Part shown: positions 14,718 through 28,541 of the stretch, one piece after another
Layout: every line of letters starts with the position of its first letter
Position numbering within the stretch: the first letter of the stretch is position 1
NCBI GenBank assembly: GCA_964016885.1
Contig: OZ024741.1
Location: 308,698,001-308,762,000, forward strand
Reading direction: 5' to 3'
DNA: 64,000 nt
Source: Eledone cirrhosa
Lineage: Eukaryota
Position numbers and translations under genes: made by a program
Notes under the pieces: model-generated
Told to the model about the DNA's origin: nothing
The model's input: the letters and a program-made list of their open reading frames with translations, nothing else
Databases searched by the model: none

Positions 14718-14897
14718 AGGAAAGAGATATTTATTTAATAATGTCTCATATGAAATAATACAACCAGCTATCCACGAAATACTGATTAGTTAGCACTCCA
14801 AACACTAAATTGGGATAATACTTAGGTATATCCTAATGTTTGTTGAGTGAGATGGAGTTGGTCGGAGTATCGCTTAAGGCTTTCTCTGTTTATGTAT

Positions 14898-14933
<36 letters not shown>

Positions 14934-14944
14934 GTGTGTGTGTG

Positions 14945-15227
14945 TCTGATGGTAGGTAAGATGCTTCCATAGGCGGTATGCCGGTTGAGCACTCTATGCT
15001 CTTACAGAGCAGAGTATGATATAATAGAAAACGAAAAATCAGTGACACATCTGAACTCTATTTATTGTGTGTTTCAATAGTTTCGGAATCATTAGACGTG
15101 TCCGTCGAACCTGCAGGTCCAGAATCAGACAGATCCACACAATGATCGCGTCTCGAGCTGTCCACCGGTGAAACAATTGTAACACACAATAAATTGAGCT
15201 CAGATGCATCTCTGATTTTTCGTTTTC

Positions 15228-15322
<95 letters not shown>

Positions 15323-15355
15323 TATATATACATATACACACACATATATATATAC

Positions 15356-15400
<45 letters not shown>

Positions 15401-15622
15401 TATATATATATATACATATACACACACATATATATATATACATATATATATAGATATATACATGTATATATATATATATATACATATATATAGTTGTGTA
15501 TAGTGGTAGCTATGGTGCTTCCATAGGCGGTATGCCAAAATTACCACTCAATATTCATCAGAGTAGAGTGTAGATATAAAAAAAACGAAAAATCAGCGAT
15601 GCATCTGGACTTAGTTTATTTC

Positions 15623-15625
<3 letters not shown>
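14945..15625. mobile_element. Family F elements (14945-15232 with inverted arms; 15490-15625 partial), (TA)n-flanked
   Basis: Shared GCTTCCATAGGCGGTATGCC...AAACGAAAAATCAG; inverted arms at about 15020-15083 and 15170-15232; 3' half of a hammerhead (GAAACAATTGTAACAC). Confidence 0.55.
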
Positions 15626-15675
<50 letters not shown>

Positions 15676-16629
15676 CACACACACATATATATATACATCA
15701 GATCCATATTAAGTACCCTCTATCATTACCTTTCTTTACTTTTACCCCCACACCATATTGATATGTGCCATTCACTCCTCCATAATTCTTTGTTGACATA
15801 CATCCTTCTCTATCACTTCCATTACTCTCTCTCTCTGTCTTTCATCACTCTATCTTCCTCTTTCACTCCTTCCACCACCTCACCACTGTTGCTCATGCTG
15901 TCTTTCTGGTGAATCTTCTTACCAGTAAACACCATGTAGTTGCCTATCACTGTCTCTCTTCCATTACTTCTTCCCATACCACCTTATTATTCCTCATCCA
16001 TAAACTGATACTCTCTCACTCTCTTCACCCTCTCAGCCTGCTCCTCACTCTATCATCAATCTCTTTTCCATCATCCTCGGGAACCGGTTTGCATTGGAGA
16101 AACAGACACAGTGAGGAGTAGAAAGAGTCCTTTGGTCCTGCAAAGGACATAGTAACCACCCAAGTGCTGCTGCTATAAAATACACTCAACACACTCTGTA
16201 TAGTGGTTACCATTAGGGAGGGCGTCAACCCATAAAAACCAGGCCAAAATAAGGAATGTATTCAACTTTTTCTCTCTCAGACTGTAACAACCTGCTCAAT
16301 TAATGGCAGCATGGAAAACAGACTTAGAATTTTTATGGTATATATATATATACAATTATATATATATATATATATATATACAATTTTTCTTTTTTACTCT
16401 TTTCTCTTCATGATTTATAAATATATGTTTTCAATAAGAATATTTTTAATATTATAGCCATATTAAACAATATTGAAATTTTAAAAAAAAACATATATCT
16501 TTTAAACAATGTACAAAGCCGAATCTTTGGCTTTTAAGTGCAGAATATATATATAATAAAACCTTAAAGGAACATCACAAATCTGGCCTGCTGTTATTTT
16601 AATCAAACTAATATTATTTATATATATAT

Positions 16630-16944
16630 ATAAGGAAAAAAGATGAAATCGAAAAAGCAACTGGAGTCTTTTTTTTTTAAATATATCTATTTGATTCCTT
16701 TACTGGTTTCACAGTTCAAAAGTAGAATTGAGATGAACAGTTTGTGGTTTTTCGAAAAACCACAAACCCTCCATCTCAATTGTACTTTTGAAAAGCACAA
16801 GAACTGCAAAACCGGTAAAGGAACCAAAGAAATATATTTTAAAAAAAAAGACTACAGTTGCATTTTCGATTTCATCTTTTTTCCTTATACTTTCACTCGT
16901 GTAGGACACCGCTTTTTTTTTTTCATTTTGTAAAAAAACCTCAC

Positions 16945-17025
<81 letters not shown>

Positions 17026-17150
17026 AGGAAAAGAAATCTAAAATGCATCTGGAGTCTTTTTATGAATATTTAATTGTTTCCTTCACCGGTTTCACATTTC
17101 TGATGCTTTCCAAAAGTAGAATGAGATGGTGGGTTTGTGGTTTTTCTCGC
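16630..17150. mobile_element. Family D elements with inverted duplication (16630-16950) and a partial copy (17025-17150)
   Basis: Same sequence as 49209-49558; arms inverted around about 16755. Confidence 0.65.
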
Positions 17151-17333
17151 ATCAGATGAGTATGGCTATATTAGAAAGAGTTGAGGGCCAACAGCTGAGC
17201 TCTTGCCATTTCAACTGCTAGTTCCAGACTCACTGGAACTAGCTATTGATATACCAAGAGCTCAGCTGTCGGGCCCCAACTCTTTCTAATATATATATTA
17301 TATATATACATACATATTTAATATAGAAATAGC

Positions 17334-17378
17334 TTCTACATGACTAGAACTGTTTCATTTGTTTGAAATCATCAGGAA
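17334..17378 (-). ncRNA. Type I hammerhead ribozyme motif (family B)
   Basis: TTC CTGATGA TTTCAAACAAAT GAAA CAG TTCTAGTC ATG TA GAA; same family as 36353 and 45312, weak stem II. Confidence 0.6.
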
Positions 17379-17816
17379 TGCCATTTCTATATTAATTAAT
17401 GATGTTTACATTCTACTAAAGTATTGAGTACCTTTTTAACTGGGGTTACTTCCAATTAACTTGGGATCTCTCTCTATATATATATATATCTGTGGATCCT
17501 GAGTTATATCAAGCATATATATATCTATATATATCACATTTATCTATATTATTTAAACTGTACATATACAAATTATATATATACAAATTATAACACAACT
17601 AATTATCCATCATTTTGTAATAATACAAAAACCAAATAATCAAAAAATATTGTAAAAAACAATAATTCTAATGGTAAACAATTTTTTTAGAAATTGGATA
17701 ATAAAAAAATTTAATGAAGCTGGAGAAAAATATCTGAAAAAAAGAAAAATAATATACAAAAAATTTACCAAACATTTACCAAAAAGTACCTGTAACAATT
17801 TTGTTTAATGACGTTC

Positions 17817-17825
17817 AAAGGATAT
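17817..17825 (-). promoter_or_regulatory. U12-type (minor spliceosome) AT-AC intron 5' splice site ATATCCTTT
   Basis: Minus strand reads GCAATG|ATATCCTTTGAAC, an exact match to the U12 donor consensus RTATCCTTT, in phase 0 after ...DGSMAM, just before where the homeodomain should begin. Confidence 0.9.
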
Positions 17826-19961
17826 CATTGCCATTGATCCATCCGTTTCCGAGGAAACATCAAATCCTTCTGATTTTAACATCATGTATGGTTCGGATAA
17901 AGAGTTGGTATTTCCAGGAGATCCAAGATCATTAGACGGAGAGTGACCATCCGAACGAGCCCCGTCCAGATAATTTTGCTCTCTGTAATATCCCAGTATA
18001 TCAGAATGTTGCAGACTTGGATTAGGAATAGCTACACTAGTTGGTAACATCTGTGGTAAAATGTGAGGGTAAGAGCCAGCTATGTGTTTATCCAAGTCTG
18101 CCATAGCGGATGTAACTTGGACGCAGTTTTCCTGTAACAAGGCACGGGCAGCTCTGGGTGACAGACGTGTGTCTGTCACTTTGGTGCGTTTTTTTTTGGG
18201 TGTGTTTACCACCAACGAGAGAGCTTCAGTCTGTTCTGGTTCTGAGCTGTAGACAGGGGAAGTGAGTACTTGGGGTTGGGCGAAATATGAGGGTATAGAC
18301 TGGGGGGTGGAATGATGAGAAGGTGCAAAAGAAAGTGGTCGGTTGTGAGCTCTCGGCAGATCAGGAGCACTTGGACAGCTCGTATCATACAAAGTCTGTT
18401 TGTCGTGTACTCTAGGGATGGCATAAAAATCTGTCGTGAACTCAGGTGTGTTAACTGGAGATTTTACTCTTTCTTTTGGTCCCTGATCCTGTGTTCTAGT
18501 TTCATTACTAGAATTTTCTAAAGACTTCAGAGCTTGGTTCTTAACAAAACGGCTTACTATGGTGTCGACTGTGTGAATGATTTCTGATTTAAGGGAGGAA
18601 GCCAAACCCTGAACATCAGCGGACGGTAGAGGCATTGAAGCCAAAGGAGTGGATCGTTTGGTAACAATTTCTTGCTCTTTAACCATTTGGCTTGCATGGT
18701 TTATTAGCTGAACAGGATCAATATCAGAATTGTCAAAAGCAATGTTCTCACGGTTTGATTCTCCATTTAACTTGCTGCCCCGACTTGTCACTGATTGCAA
18801 CGATGTGGCCGTATGACAGTCCTCATCGTCATGTCCTTCACTCGTTCTGTCCGAGTTCTCCGCATTGCATAGTGCTGTGTATTTCCTCTGGACATCGTTC
18901 AACTGGTTTTTCAACTCCATCAGTTGCCGGCCCAAATCGTCTCTTTCAATTTTACGTAGCTTCGATTCTTGGAATTCCGGACTAAGTTCGTGCTGTTGTG
19001 GTTGATGCTGTTTCCTTTTCTGTCGCCTCTGTTCCTGCATACTTTGGCTGTCGCATTGACTGTGGGTCGGAGAATGACGTATACTCGTGATTATGTTCTC
19101 AACTCTGGCCCTTTTTGCTTCTTTGCTGTCTATCATTTGTGATTCCATACCAGAAGACATAACTCCTTTCACATCACCTACATCCGTCTCCTCATCGTTT
19201 GTCATCTGTCCAATTGTACTCTCTCCATCGCTCTCATCAGCCGATCCTTCTGTGGAATGGCAAGACAATTTGTCTACATCAGATGAGCTGCTTTTGATTT
19301 GCTGTGAGGAATTTTTCAGATGGTTCGTAATAAGGCCACTAGAGTCCTGAACTGAGTTTGTACCATTTAGCTTGGTTAAGTTGCCATTGTTGTTGTTGTT
19401 ATTGTTGTTAGTGTTGTTGTTGTTATTGTTACTGTTGTTGTTATTGTTGTTGTTTTTGGCTAACTCTGACAACTGATGCTTCTCTTTATTCTGCAGTATT
19501 TCACGAAGAAGTTGAGATGTGTCTGGGTTGGACATGTCCGACGTCTTAAGAAGACCCATTCCATGCCTTGATATCACCATTGGGAGATTGTCCGGGATTG
19601 GTGTGTCTGGATGACCTCTACTGTTGTTGTTGTTGATACCACCGGCAGCTGCTGCTCCAAGGCCGGAAGGTGGAGAATTCAATGACGAACTATACCTGTC
19701 TTCTTCACAACTGTTATCTAGCTGATAGGACTCCAAGTCAGTTTCGCTTGAGTGGATTCGTTCTTTGTTCATGGAAGATGAAGAAGATTCATTGGCACAC
19801 AGCGTGTTTTTCAACCGCATATGTTCAAGTGACCGATGATAGCGGTCTTCAAGCTGTTGTTTCATGTAAACTGTCTTGTGGACCTCATACCTAGCTAAGT
19901 CGCTGTCGTAGCCAATTAAACGACTTGCAGCAGCCTGTATAAGTTTATCATACCCATTCAT
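17826..19961 (-). CDS. pros: Prospero/Prox1 homeobox transcription factor, large coding exon (N-terminal and central region; homeo-prospero domain exons not seen in window)
   Basis: Long non-repetitive ORF with Prospero-family motifs EAKRARVENII, EQTEALSLVVNTPKKKRTKVTDTRLSPR and LPTSVAIPNPSL, plus a coiled-coil-like segment. Exon is bounded by a U2 acceptor (AG at 19965-19964; exon starts 19963 GA ATG) and a U12 donor at 17825. The ORF-track tail ISFERH* is intron read-through. Confidence 0.93.
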
Positions 19962-19963
19962 TC

Positions 19964-19995
19964 CTGAAAGAAGAGATGTGACAGATGTTAGTCAG
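19964..19995 (-). promoter_or_regulatory. U2-type branch point, polypyrimidine tract and 3' splice site upstream of the pros exon
   Basis: Minus strand CTGACTAAC ATCTGTCACATCTCTTCTTTCAG|GAATG: near-consensus branch site, pyrimidine tract, CAG. Confidence 0.8.
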
Positions 19996-20073
19996 GAGAT
20001 TAAGCTATTCTACATAGACACACACTTACACATATAAACACATACATACATACATATATATATAGATATATAG

Positions 20074-20123
<50 letters not shown>

Positions 20124-20765
20124 TTGTGTGTGTACAAAAACAATTGGAGAAATAGACACATATGTATGTAGATATAAAGAGAAATGAATATATTACTGCC
20201 TTTAGGTTTATAATTAGTGTAAATATGTTAAGGATGAGTGTGTGTGAGTCAGTGAGCAAGACAGAAGTGAGAGAGAGGGAGAAGTGGAGACAGAGCATGT
20301 AAAGATGTATGTATGAATATGAGTTAACATACATCTGCAATATAATGTTGAATGTATGTATATACATATAAATGTAGGTACCATTTAGTATGAATGTGTG
20401 TGTGTGTGTTTATAAGATCTATGTTAGTTTATTTGTATATATTTAACAAGCCTTTTCTTCCTTTATATATATATATATATATATACATAAAACATCGGTG
20501 GACCTCCGTCAGTTTCTACGATGAGTGTTGCAGTTGTTCGATCAATGGAATAACCTGCTCATGAAATTAACGTATAAGTCGCTGAGCATTCCACAGACAC
20601 GTGTAACCCTTAATGTAATTCTCAGGGAGATTCAATGTAACACAGTTCATCATACAGGCTTCCAAACAGTATCCTTCTACCCTATTTCGCTTACGAGGCA
20701 TGAGTTGACATTTGCTCAAAATCGAAACTAGGGTCTAATGTTTTAAAGCGAATTTCCTAACTATG

Positions 20766-20923
20766 CAGTGAAATTCCGTTATAACGAAATTCACGGGGTA
20801 TAAAAAAAATTCTTTGTAACGAAAAATTCTTTATAACGAGATTGACTTAACACATCGAGCGTGTGGCCGGAGATTGAAAAAAATTTCGTTATAATGGTAT
20901 TCGTTATAACGGAAATTTATCTG
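20766..20923. mobile_element. Tc1/pogo-type MITE
   Basis: Imperfect terminal inverted repeats CAGTGAAATTCCGTTATAACGAA / TTCGTTATAACGGAAATTTATCTG, TA on the right side, internal GTTATAACG repeats. Confidence 0.7.
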
Positions 20924-21975
20924 TATATATTTGTATGAGTGTGTGTGTTTGTGTATGTGTGTATATATATATGTGTGTGTGAGTGTGTGTGTATGTATAT
21001 GTAAGTAAACCTATACATTTTCGAATTTGTTTCGTGTTTGGAGACATTCGGACATGCAGTTGGTTAAAAAACTATATTTTTTTGAATTATTTAATAATTC
21101 TGAAGAATTCAATACAGAGAAATAAAATGCTACTTCCTTCTGTATTTGAAAGAAACGTGTGTAAATCAAGTAAATAATGTATTAAATCCTGGTTATTTAT
21201 TATATATATGTATATATATGTGTGTGTCTGAGTGTGTACATATATATATTCATATATATTTATGTATATATACACACACACACGTGTATGTGTGTGTGTA
21301 TATATATTTGCTTCAGGTTTATATGTGTATTTACGTACGTGTGTATCTTAAAATTCATATATTTTTGAGATGTATGTGTGTGCGTGTGTATGGGGAGGGA
21401 TACGTGTGTGTGTGTTGAAGGGGGTGTCTGCTTTACCTATAGATGTCTGTACTTAATTATTTTATGTTAATTATCTCATTAAAAAGATGAAATATTAAAA
21501 ATCCTTTTCAGAAAAGCTTGAATATAATTATAGTACAGGTAGAAGGTTGAAGAGTGTGCAGGTGAGGGGGTGTATAGGGTGTGTGAAGGAGAGGGCGTAT
21601 ATGGGAGTGTGAGTGTGAGAGAGTAACAGAGTGAGTGGGTGGGAGAAACTGAGGAGGATAAAGGTTAAGAGAAGGAAAGATAAGATTACAGATGGTGGTT
21701 GTAATATACGTGTATGTATGTATATGAGTGTATATTCATTTGTGTGTATGTATGTGTGTATGTATGTATGGATGTAAATGATTAAATAAATTTAAACACA
21801 CAAAACTAATGAATGTGTGAGTATATATATTTCTATATATGTATATATATACTTACATTATGCACACACGTTCATGCGTGCATACACTTTTATAAAACTA
21901 CACATACATATATACATAAACACACACTCACATATATATGCACACACACACACAAAATATATACATAAATACATA

Positions 21976-22078
21976 CAGGGTGTACCCCAAAAATGTATAC
22001 ACACTTAAACACCATTCTAATAAATATTGCCTGTACAGAATAATCAAAGTGTGTATAGATTTTTTTGTGGACACCATA
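21976..22078. mobile_element. Small Tc1/mariner-type MITE
   Basis: TA CAGGGTGTACCCCAAAAATGTATACAC ... GTGTATAGATTTTTTTGTGGACACCAT: degenerate TIRs. Confidence 0.55.
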
Positions 22079-22503
22079 TATATTTTGGGGGCACAATCAC
22101 GCGCTCAAAGACTAATGTATATGATTTTAAATTTAGGAACAAGGCCAGAAAATTATGGGTGTGAGTGTGGAATATATTGACCAAGTACTTCACTAGAACT
22201 GTATTTTATATGTATGGATGAAAAGCGAAATTGATGTCGTCGGGATTTGAACTCAAAACGCATACACCCCCATATAAATACTGCAAGTCATTTGTCCAAT
22301 ATTCTAACGACTCCTACCATCTACACTAACACGGGAACACGCACAAATATATATATATGCATACACACACACACGTGTATGTATATCCATATATGAGTAT
22401 ATCCATATGTATGTACTTGATGTAATAAAGAACAGCAAATTACATCAAGTACATACATATGGACATACTCATATATGTATATACATACACGTGTGTGTGT
22501 GTA

Positions 22504-22952
<449 letters not shown>

Positions 22953-23321
22953 ATATATATATATATAAATATGGAGAATAGAAATGGCTGTGTAGTTGCT
23001 ATTTAAGGTAACTTAAAATGGAGTGGGAATACGAAGAAAGCAAGAACAGGGGGGGGGGGGCGGTTCCTCATCAGTCTAATGGGGGTCTCGGATATTTCTA
23101 CGCTTTAAAGCTTTAAAGACAAGATACCACTTCACTCCAGGGCGTCAATAACTGGATAAGTTATTGGAAAAACGAAGGAGGGAAGGAAAGCAAAGGGGAA
23201 GAAAAGAGAAACAGTAACAAAACAGCGAAAAAAACCCCACACAAACCGAGTAATGGGCGAGCAACTATAGGTAGGAAATCCAAGACCACTCGATAAGAGA
23301 ACTTAAGTTCGACATTCATAA

Positions 23322-23383
<62 letters not shown>

Positions 23384-23462
23384 ATATATGTATATACACA
23401 GATATATATATATGTACATATATATGAATATATATGTATATGTATAAATATGTACATATATA

Positions 23463-23512
<50 letters not shown>

Positions 23513-23543
23513 TATATATATATATACAAATATGTACATATAT

Positions 23544-23600
<57 letters not shown>

Positions 23601-23629
23601 ATAATAATAAAATTGAAGACTAAAATGTT

Positions 23630-23680
23630 AGTTTCAGAAGATCCCGTTAAGGGTGAAAGCAGCGATTCTTTGCTTAAACT
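23630..23680 (+). ncRNA. Type I hammerhead ribozyme motif, core CAGAAGA (family E)
   Basis: Identical to 2859-2909. Confidence 0.65.
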
Positions 23681-23696
23681 TTAATCTGTTATTTTA

Positions 23697-23767
<71 letters not shown>

Positions 23768-23866
23768 AATATGTACATATATATGTACATATATATATAC
23801 ATATATATACATATATATATATACACATATATATATATATATATATATATGTACATATATATGTAT

Positions 23867-23901
<35 letters not shown>

Positions 23902-23939
23902 AATATGTACATATATATGTACATATATATATATATATA

Positions 23940-23976
<37 letters not shown>

Positions 23977-23983
23977 ACACATT

Positions 23984-24061
<78 letters not shown>

Positions 24062-24204
24062 CATATGCATATATATATTCATACATACATTCATTTTTTT
24101 GTCTTATTCAAATGACCTCACCGTGTTGTACAGTCTAATATCACACAAGTCATTTAATGCAAAGAAACTATAGAAGCAAACGCGTTTAAACCACTTAAGG
24201 TACT

Positions 24205-24330
24205 AAAATCTTACCTCAAGGCTAGGAAGATGTTAAGACTTTAAAGACTTTAGTAAATATGCTACGAATGACGTTCACATTTATAATATCTATTGATGAA
24301 GGGCCAGAGGGGTTTAAAAGATAGGCACAG
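24205..24330 (-). other. Candidate upstream (probably 5' UTR) exon end of pros with strong GT donor
   Basis: Unique, non-repeat sequence ending CCTTGAG|GTAAGATTTT (GT at 24214-24213). Splicing to 19963 would place TGA in frame just upstream of the ATG at 19961. No other support. Confidence 0.25.
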
Positions 24331-24563
24331 TTGTATTATATATAGTTTCTAATATATTCTTCTGTGTGGGTGTGTATAATGTACATACGTGTGGTGTGCG
24401 TATATATATATGTACATATATTTATGCACACAAATATATACACTCATAAATATAGAATATGCATAGACACTTTATGTGTATGGATATTCGTATTATACAT
24501 CAAAGACCGTAAATATAAAGTTAACCATCACTACTACTACTACTAGTACTACTACTACTACTA

Positions 24564-24599
<36 letters not shown>

Positions 24600-25654
24600 T
24601 ACAATGGGAAGTGATGAATGTGATGATAATGATTATCATACACAGTGATGATTATGATTATCATACACACACACACAAATTTCACAGTGCTTATGTATTT
24701 GTATATCTGGGGTGGGGTGTTGGTAATAAGATGAGTGAAACAATACAACACACCACCACCACCATCACACACCCCCTCTTCATTATATTGAAAGACTAGG
24801 CAGGCACGTGTCATGGTAGGTATTAAAGTGTTCCTAATCTAAAGCCTCATAACTCCCCACCCTCATCGCCCTCCACCCACCATAGTTGTTCTTTAATAAA
24901 TACAAACAAAACAAAAAGAAAGCATTAAGGCCTTACGGAAGAAAAAGAAGAAATTTGAAGACGCTATATCTTATCTTACACATACACACGTGCATACGTA
25001 CATACGTACATATATACATATACACAATCATATATACATACACATACACACATACATACAACAATACATACACACATGCATATCTACATACATACATACA
25101 TTCACACATACATATACACACACATACATACATACAACAATACACACACACATGCATGCATGCATGCATACATACAAACATACATACAGAATACTTACAT
25201 ACATAATACACACATACATCCATACGTACATACATACATAGTACTTACATACATAATACTTACATACATACATGTATGTTGACGTTGTTGGACCCCCGTC
25301 GGTTCACACGACGAGTTTTCTAGTTGTTCGAATGACGGAACATCCTGATCGTGAAATTAACACACAAGTGGTTGAGTATTCCACAGACAAGTATAACTTT
25401 AACATAGTTCTCAGTGAGATTGGGTGTGTTAGTTTATGTGAAAAGGCTTAGGCCCTTTGAACAACAGGTACGTCTAATATTTTTTTTCCAGTTAAGTGGA
25501 CTGAAGTAATGTGAAATAAAGTATCTTACACAAGAACAAAACACGGCGCCGTGAATCGAACTGACGATCGTGAACTGAACAACTTAACCACTAAACCACG
25601 CTCATTCACTACATACATAAATCATTTATGCACTACATACATAAATCCTTTATG

Positions 25655-25714
<60 letters not shown>

Positions 25715-25729
25715 AATAAATGGAAACTA

Positions 25730-25818
<89 letters not shown>

Positions 25819-26634
25819 TAAATCGAAGAACGCCTACATACTCATTCAATTTTTATGTGCTAACAATGTTTCATCCATACTGTGGGGCAGGAATCATCAG
25901 AGCGTTATAAACAAAATTATAGTGCTGAATATAAGCTCTACCAAGCTTAGTCACCAGAACAGTAGAGATACAGTACAGGATAATAAGAGGGATATTGGAT
26001 ATGAGAAGGATGGAGAGAGTGCGTAATGGGGTTGTTAGTCAACATTATAGCAAAACATGAGAATACAAGAATACAGGCAGATTTTCTTACAAAAGACTGA
26101 GGCATGTGAAGGCACGCAAAAGCAATCAAAAGCAATTAAAGATAATTAAAAAAAATAATTAAAAAATAATTTTAAAAATATTATTGAAAAAAGGGGGTAA
26201 AAAAATTGAGGCATGTGGAGGCACACAAAAGCAACAAAAGAGGTATGCATTGGTTACTATAGAAGACAGGTGGTTTAGTTTCCCATGACTTAGAGTCATA
26301 GAAATAATATGAGACCCATAAGGTACCTTCAGAAGGTCCAAAGGGGATCCCCCCCCCCAACATAGTATGCGCAATCAGGGTATAGCAGTGGGTTACGGAA
26401 TTACGTGGACAAGAGGTGTTAAACCTGCACATGGACAAGCACCACACCGATATAAGCCAAACACAGACAAAGCGGGGTTAATGCATAAACAAGCTGAAGC
26501 AATCAATACACAACAAACATGTTTAGTCACTGTTTAAGGCATATTTGTATATATATATATTATATATATATATATTATATATATATATATTATATATATA
26601 TATATATATTATATATATATATATTATATATATA

Positions 26635-26703
<69 letters not shown>

Positions 26704-26739
26704 ATTATATATATTATATATATATATATTATATATATA

Positions 26740-26817
<78 letters not shown>

Positions 26818-26849
26818 TATTTATATATATATATATTATATATATATAT

Positions 26850-26899
<50 letters not shown>

Positions 26900-26971
26900 T
26901 ATATATATATATATATAGTTATATATATATATATATTATATATATATATTTATATATATATTATATATATT

Positions 26972-27039
<68 letters not shown>

Positions 27040-27139
27040 CGTGGTTCAGTATTTCATACTATGGCAGAGTGTATATATTAAGAACAAAGCGAGGTTTCAC
27101 GTTATGGTCTTTATTGATTATACCCGTGAAGCCTCGCTT

Positions 27140-27188
<49 letters not shown>

Positions 27189-27548
27189 CGAGGGTAATCC
27201 CAGAAGTAAGGTCTCCAAAGCGAATGGGGACGCAGAGAAACTGTTCGTATGGCAACACTGTTGTGATTGGTGCATCCTTCGCTGGGATGCTCAATCTTGG
27301 CTTGGCAGCCGTTGAGAATGGAGCTCCCGTTGAACGCTACCGCCAAGTGCGAATTTCGCGCAGTTATTATATAGAGGGCAATCCCAAAAGTAAGGTCTCC
27401 TTCCGACGAAAACATGCGTAAAGATCAGCGGATCACTCTGGATGCTCTCTGCATTTTGGTTCCTGAGGTTTCTCGAAGCACCATCCACAGGATTTTAACG
27501 GAAAAGTTGCAATATCGGAAGAAGACCTTACTTTTGGGATTGCCCTCG
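27189..27548 (+). mobile_element. Internally deleted mariner transposon
   Basis: TA-flanked TIRs CGAGGGTAATCCCAGAAGTAAGGTCT / AGACCTTACTTTTGGGATTGCCCTCG; transposase remnants MELPLNATAKCEFRAVI and DQRITLDALCILVPEVSRSTIHRILTEKLQYRK; an extra internal TIR copy at about 27373-27400. Confidence 0.88.
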
Positions 27549-27591
27549 TATATATATATATTCACATAACATACATACACACATTACATAT

Positions 27592-27645
<54 letters not shown>

Positions 27646-27746
27646 ATAATTAAAAATTTGAAGACTAAAATCCAAAGAGGGCTCGATAAGGATAAATATA
27701 TATCAAATATATAAGAACCGTAGAGCATAATCTGTTATTTTAATAA

Positions 27747-27803
<57 letters not shown>

Positions 27804-28155
27804 TGTGTGTGTGTGTGTAACGTACATACATATATATACGCAGGCGTAACTAGGTAAAATAGCGCCTGTGGCAAGCAGTGAAATTGCACCCCAACCCAAA
27901 CATCTGACCCCCATCTTTCAGACAAGCATAAAATCAACTCAACGATACCAATGGCGTATGGCCTAATCATTTATATAAGCAGTTTCAATGATCCAGTCAC
28001 CATAGTGTTTGTCACCCGCGATAATTAAAGCCAGATAATACACCCGAAGAAGGTCTCTTTCCACTCTCCGATGTTAGCTTATGTTACTTTAATAGAAAAT
28101 GCTCCTAGTTCATGTGAGGCCCATGGCACGTGCCATGCTTGCCATACCCAAGTTA

Positions 28156-28276
<121 letters not shown>

Positions 28277-28479
28277 ACCAGTCCTGGCATTGTTAACTAC
28301 GCTGGGTGCGTCAACTTCTTATTTTATATATATATTAAGTAAGAATATAATTATATATATATATGCACATGAACAAATTCAAACCCTGACGGCTGAGCTC
28401 CGGCCGTTTCAACAGCTAGATCCGAACTCATGCAAAAATACGAAGTCTTATAAGATCACGTTTAGGATGTAGTGGAGGA

Positions 28480-28541
<62 letters not shown>

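Noticed and set aside
17805-17825. ORF-track C-terminus ISFERH* as the true protein end
   Set aside because: It begins exactly at a U12 donor, and Prospero proteins require a downstream homeo-prospero domain.
18206-19894. Short ORFs overlapping the pros exon in other frames or on the opposite strand
   Set aside because: Expected shadows of a real coding exon; no independent motifs.
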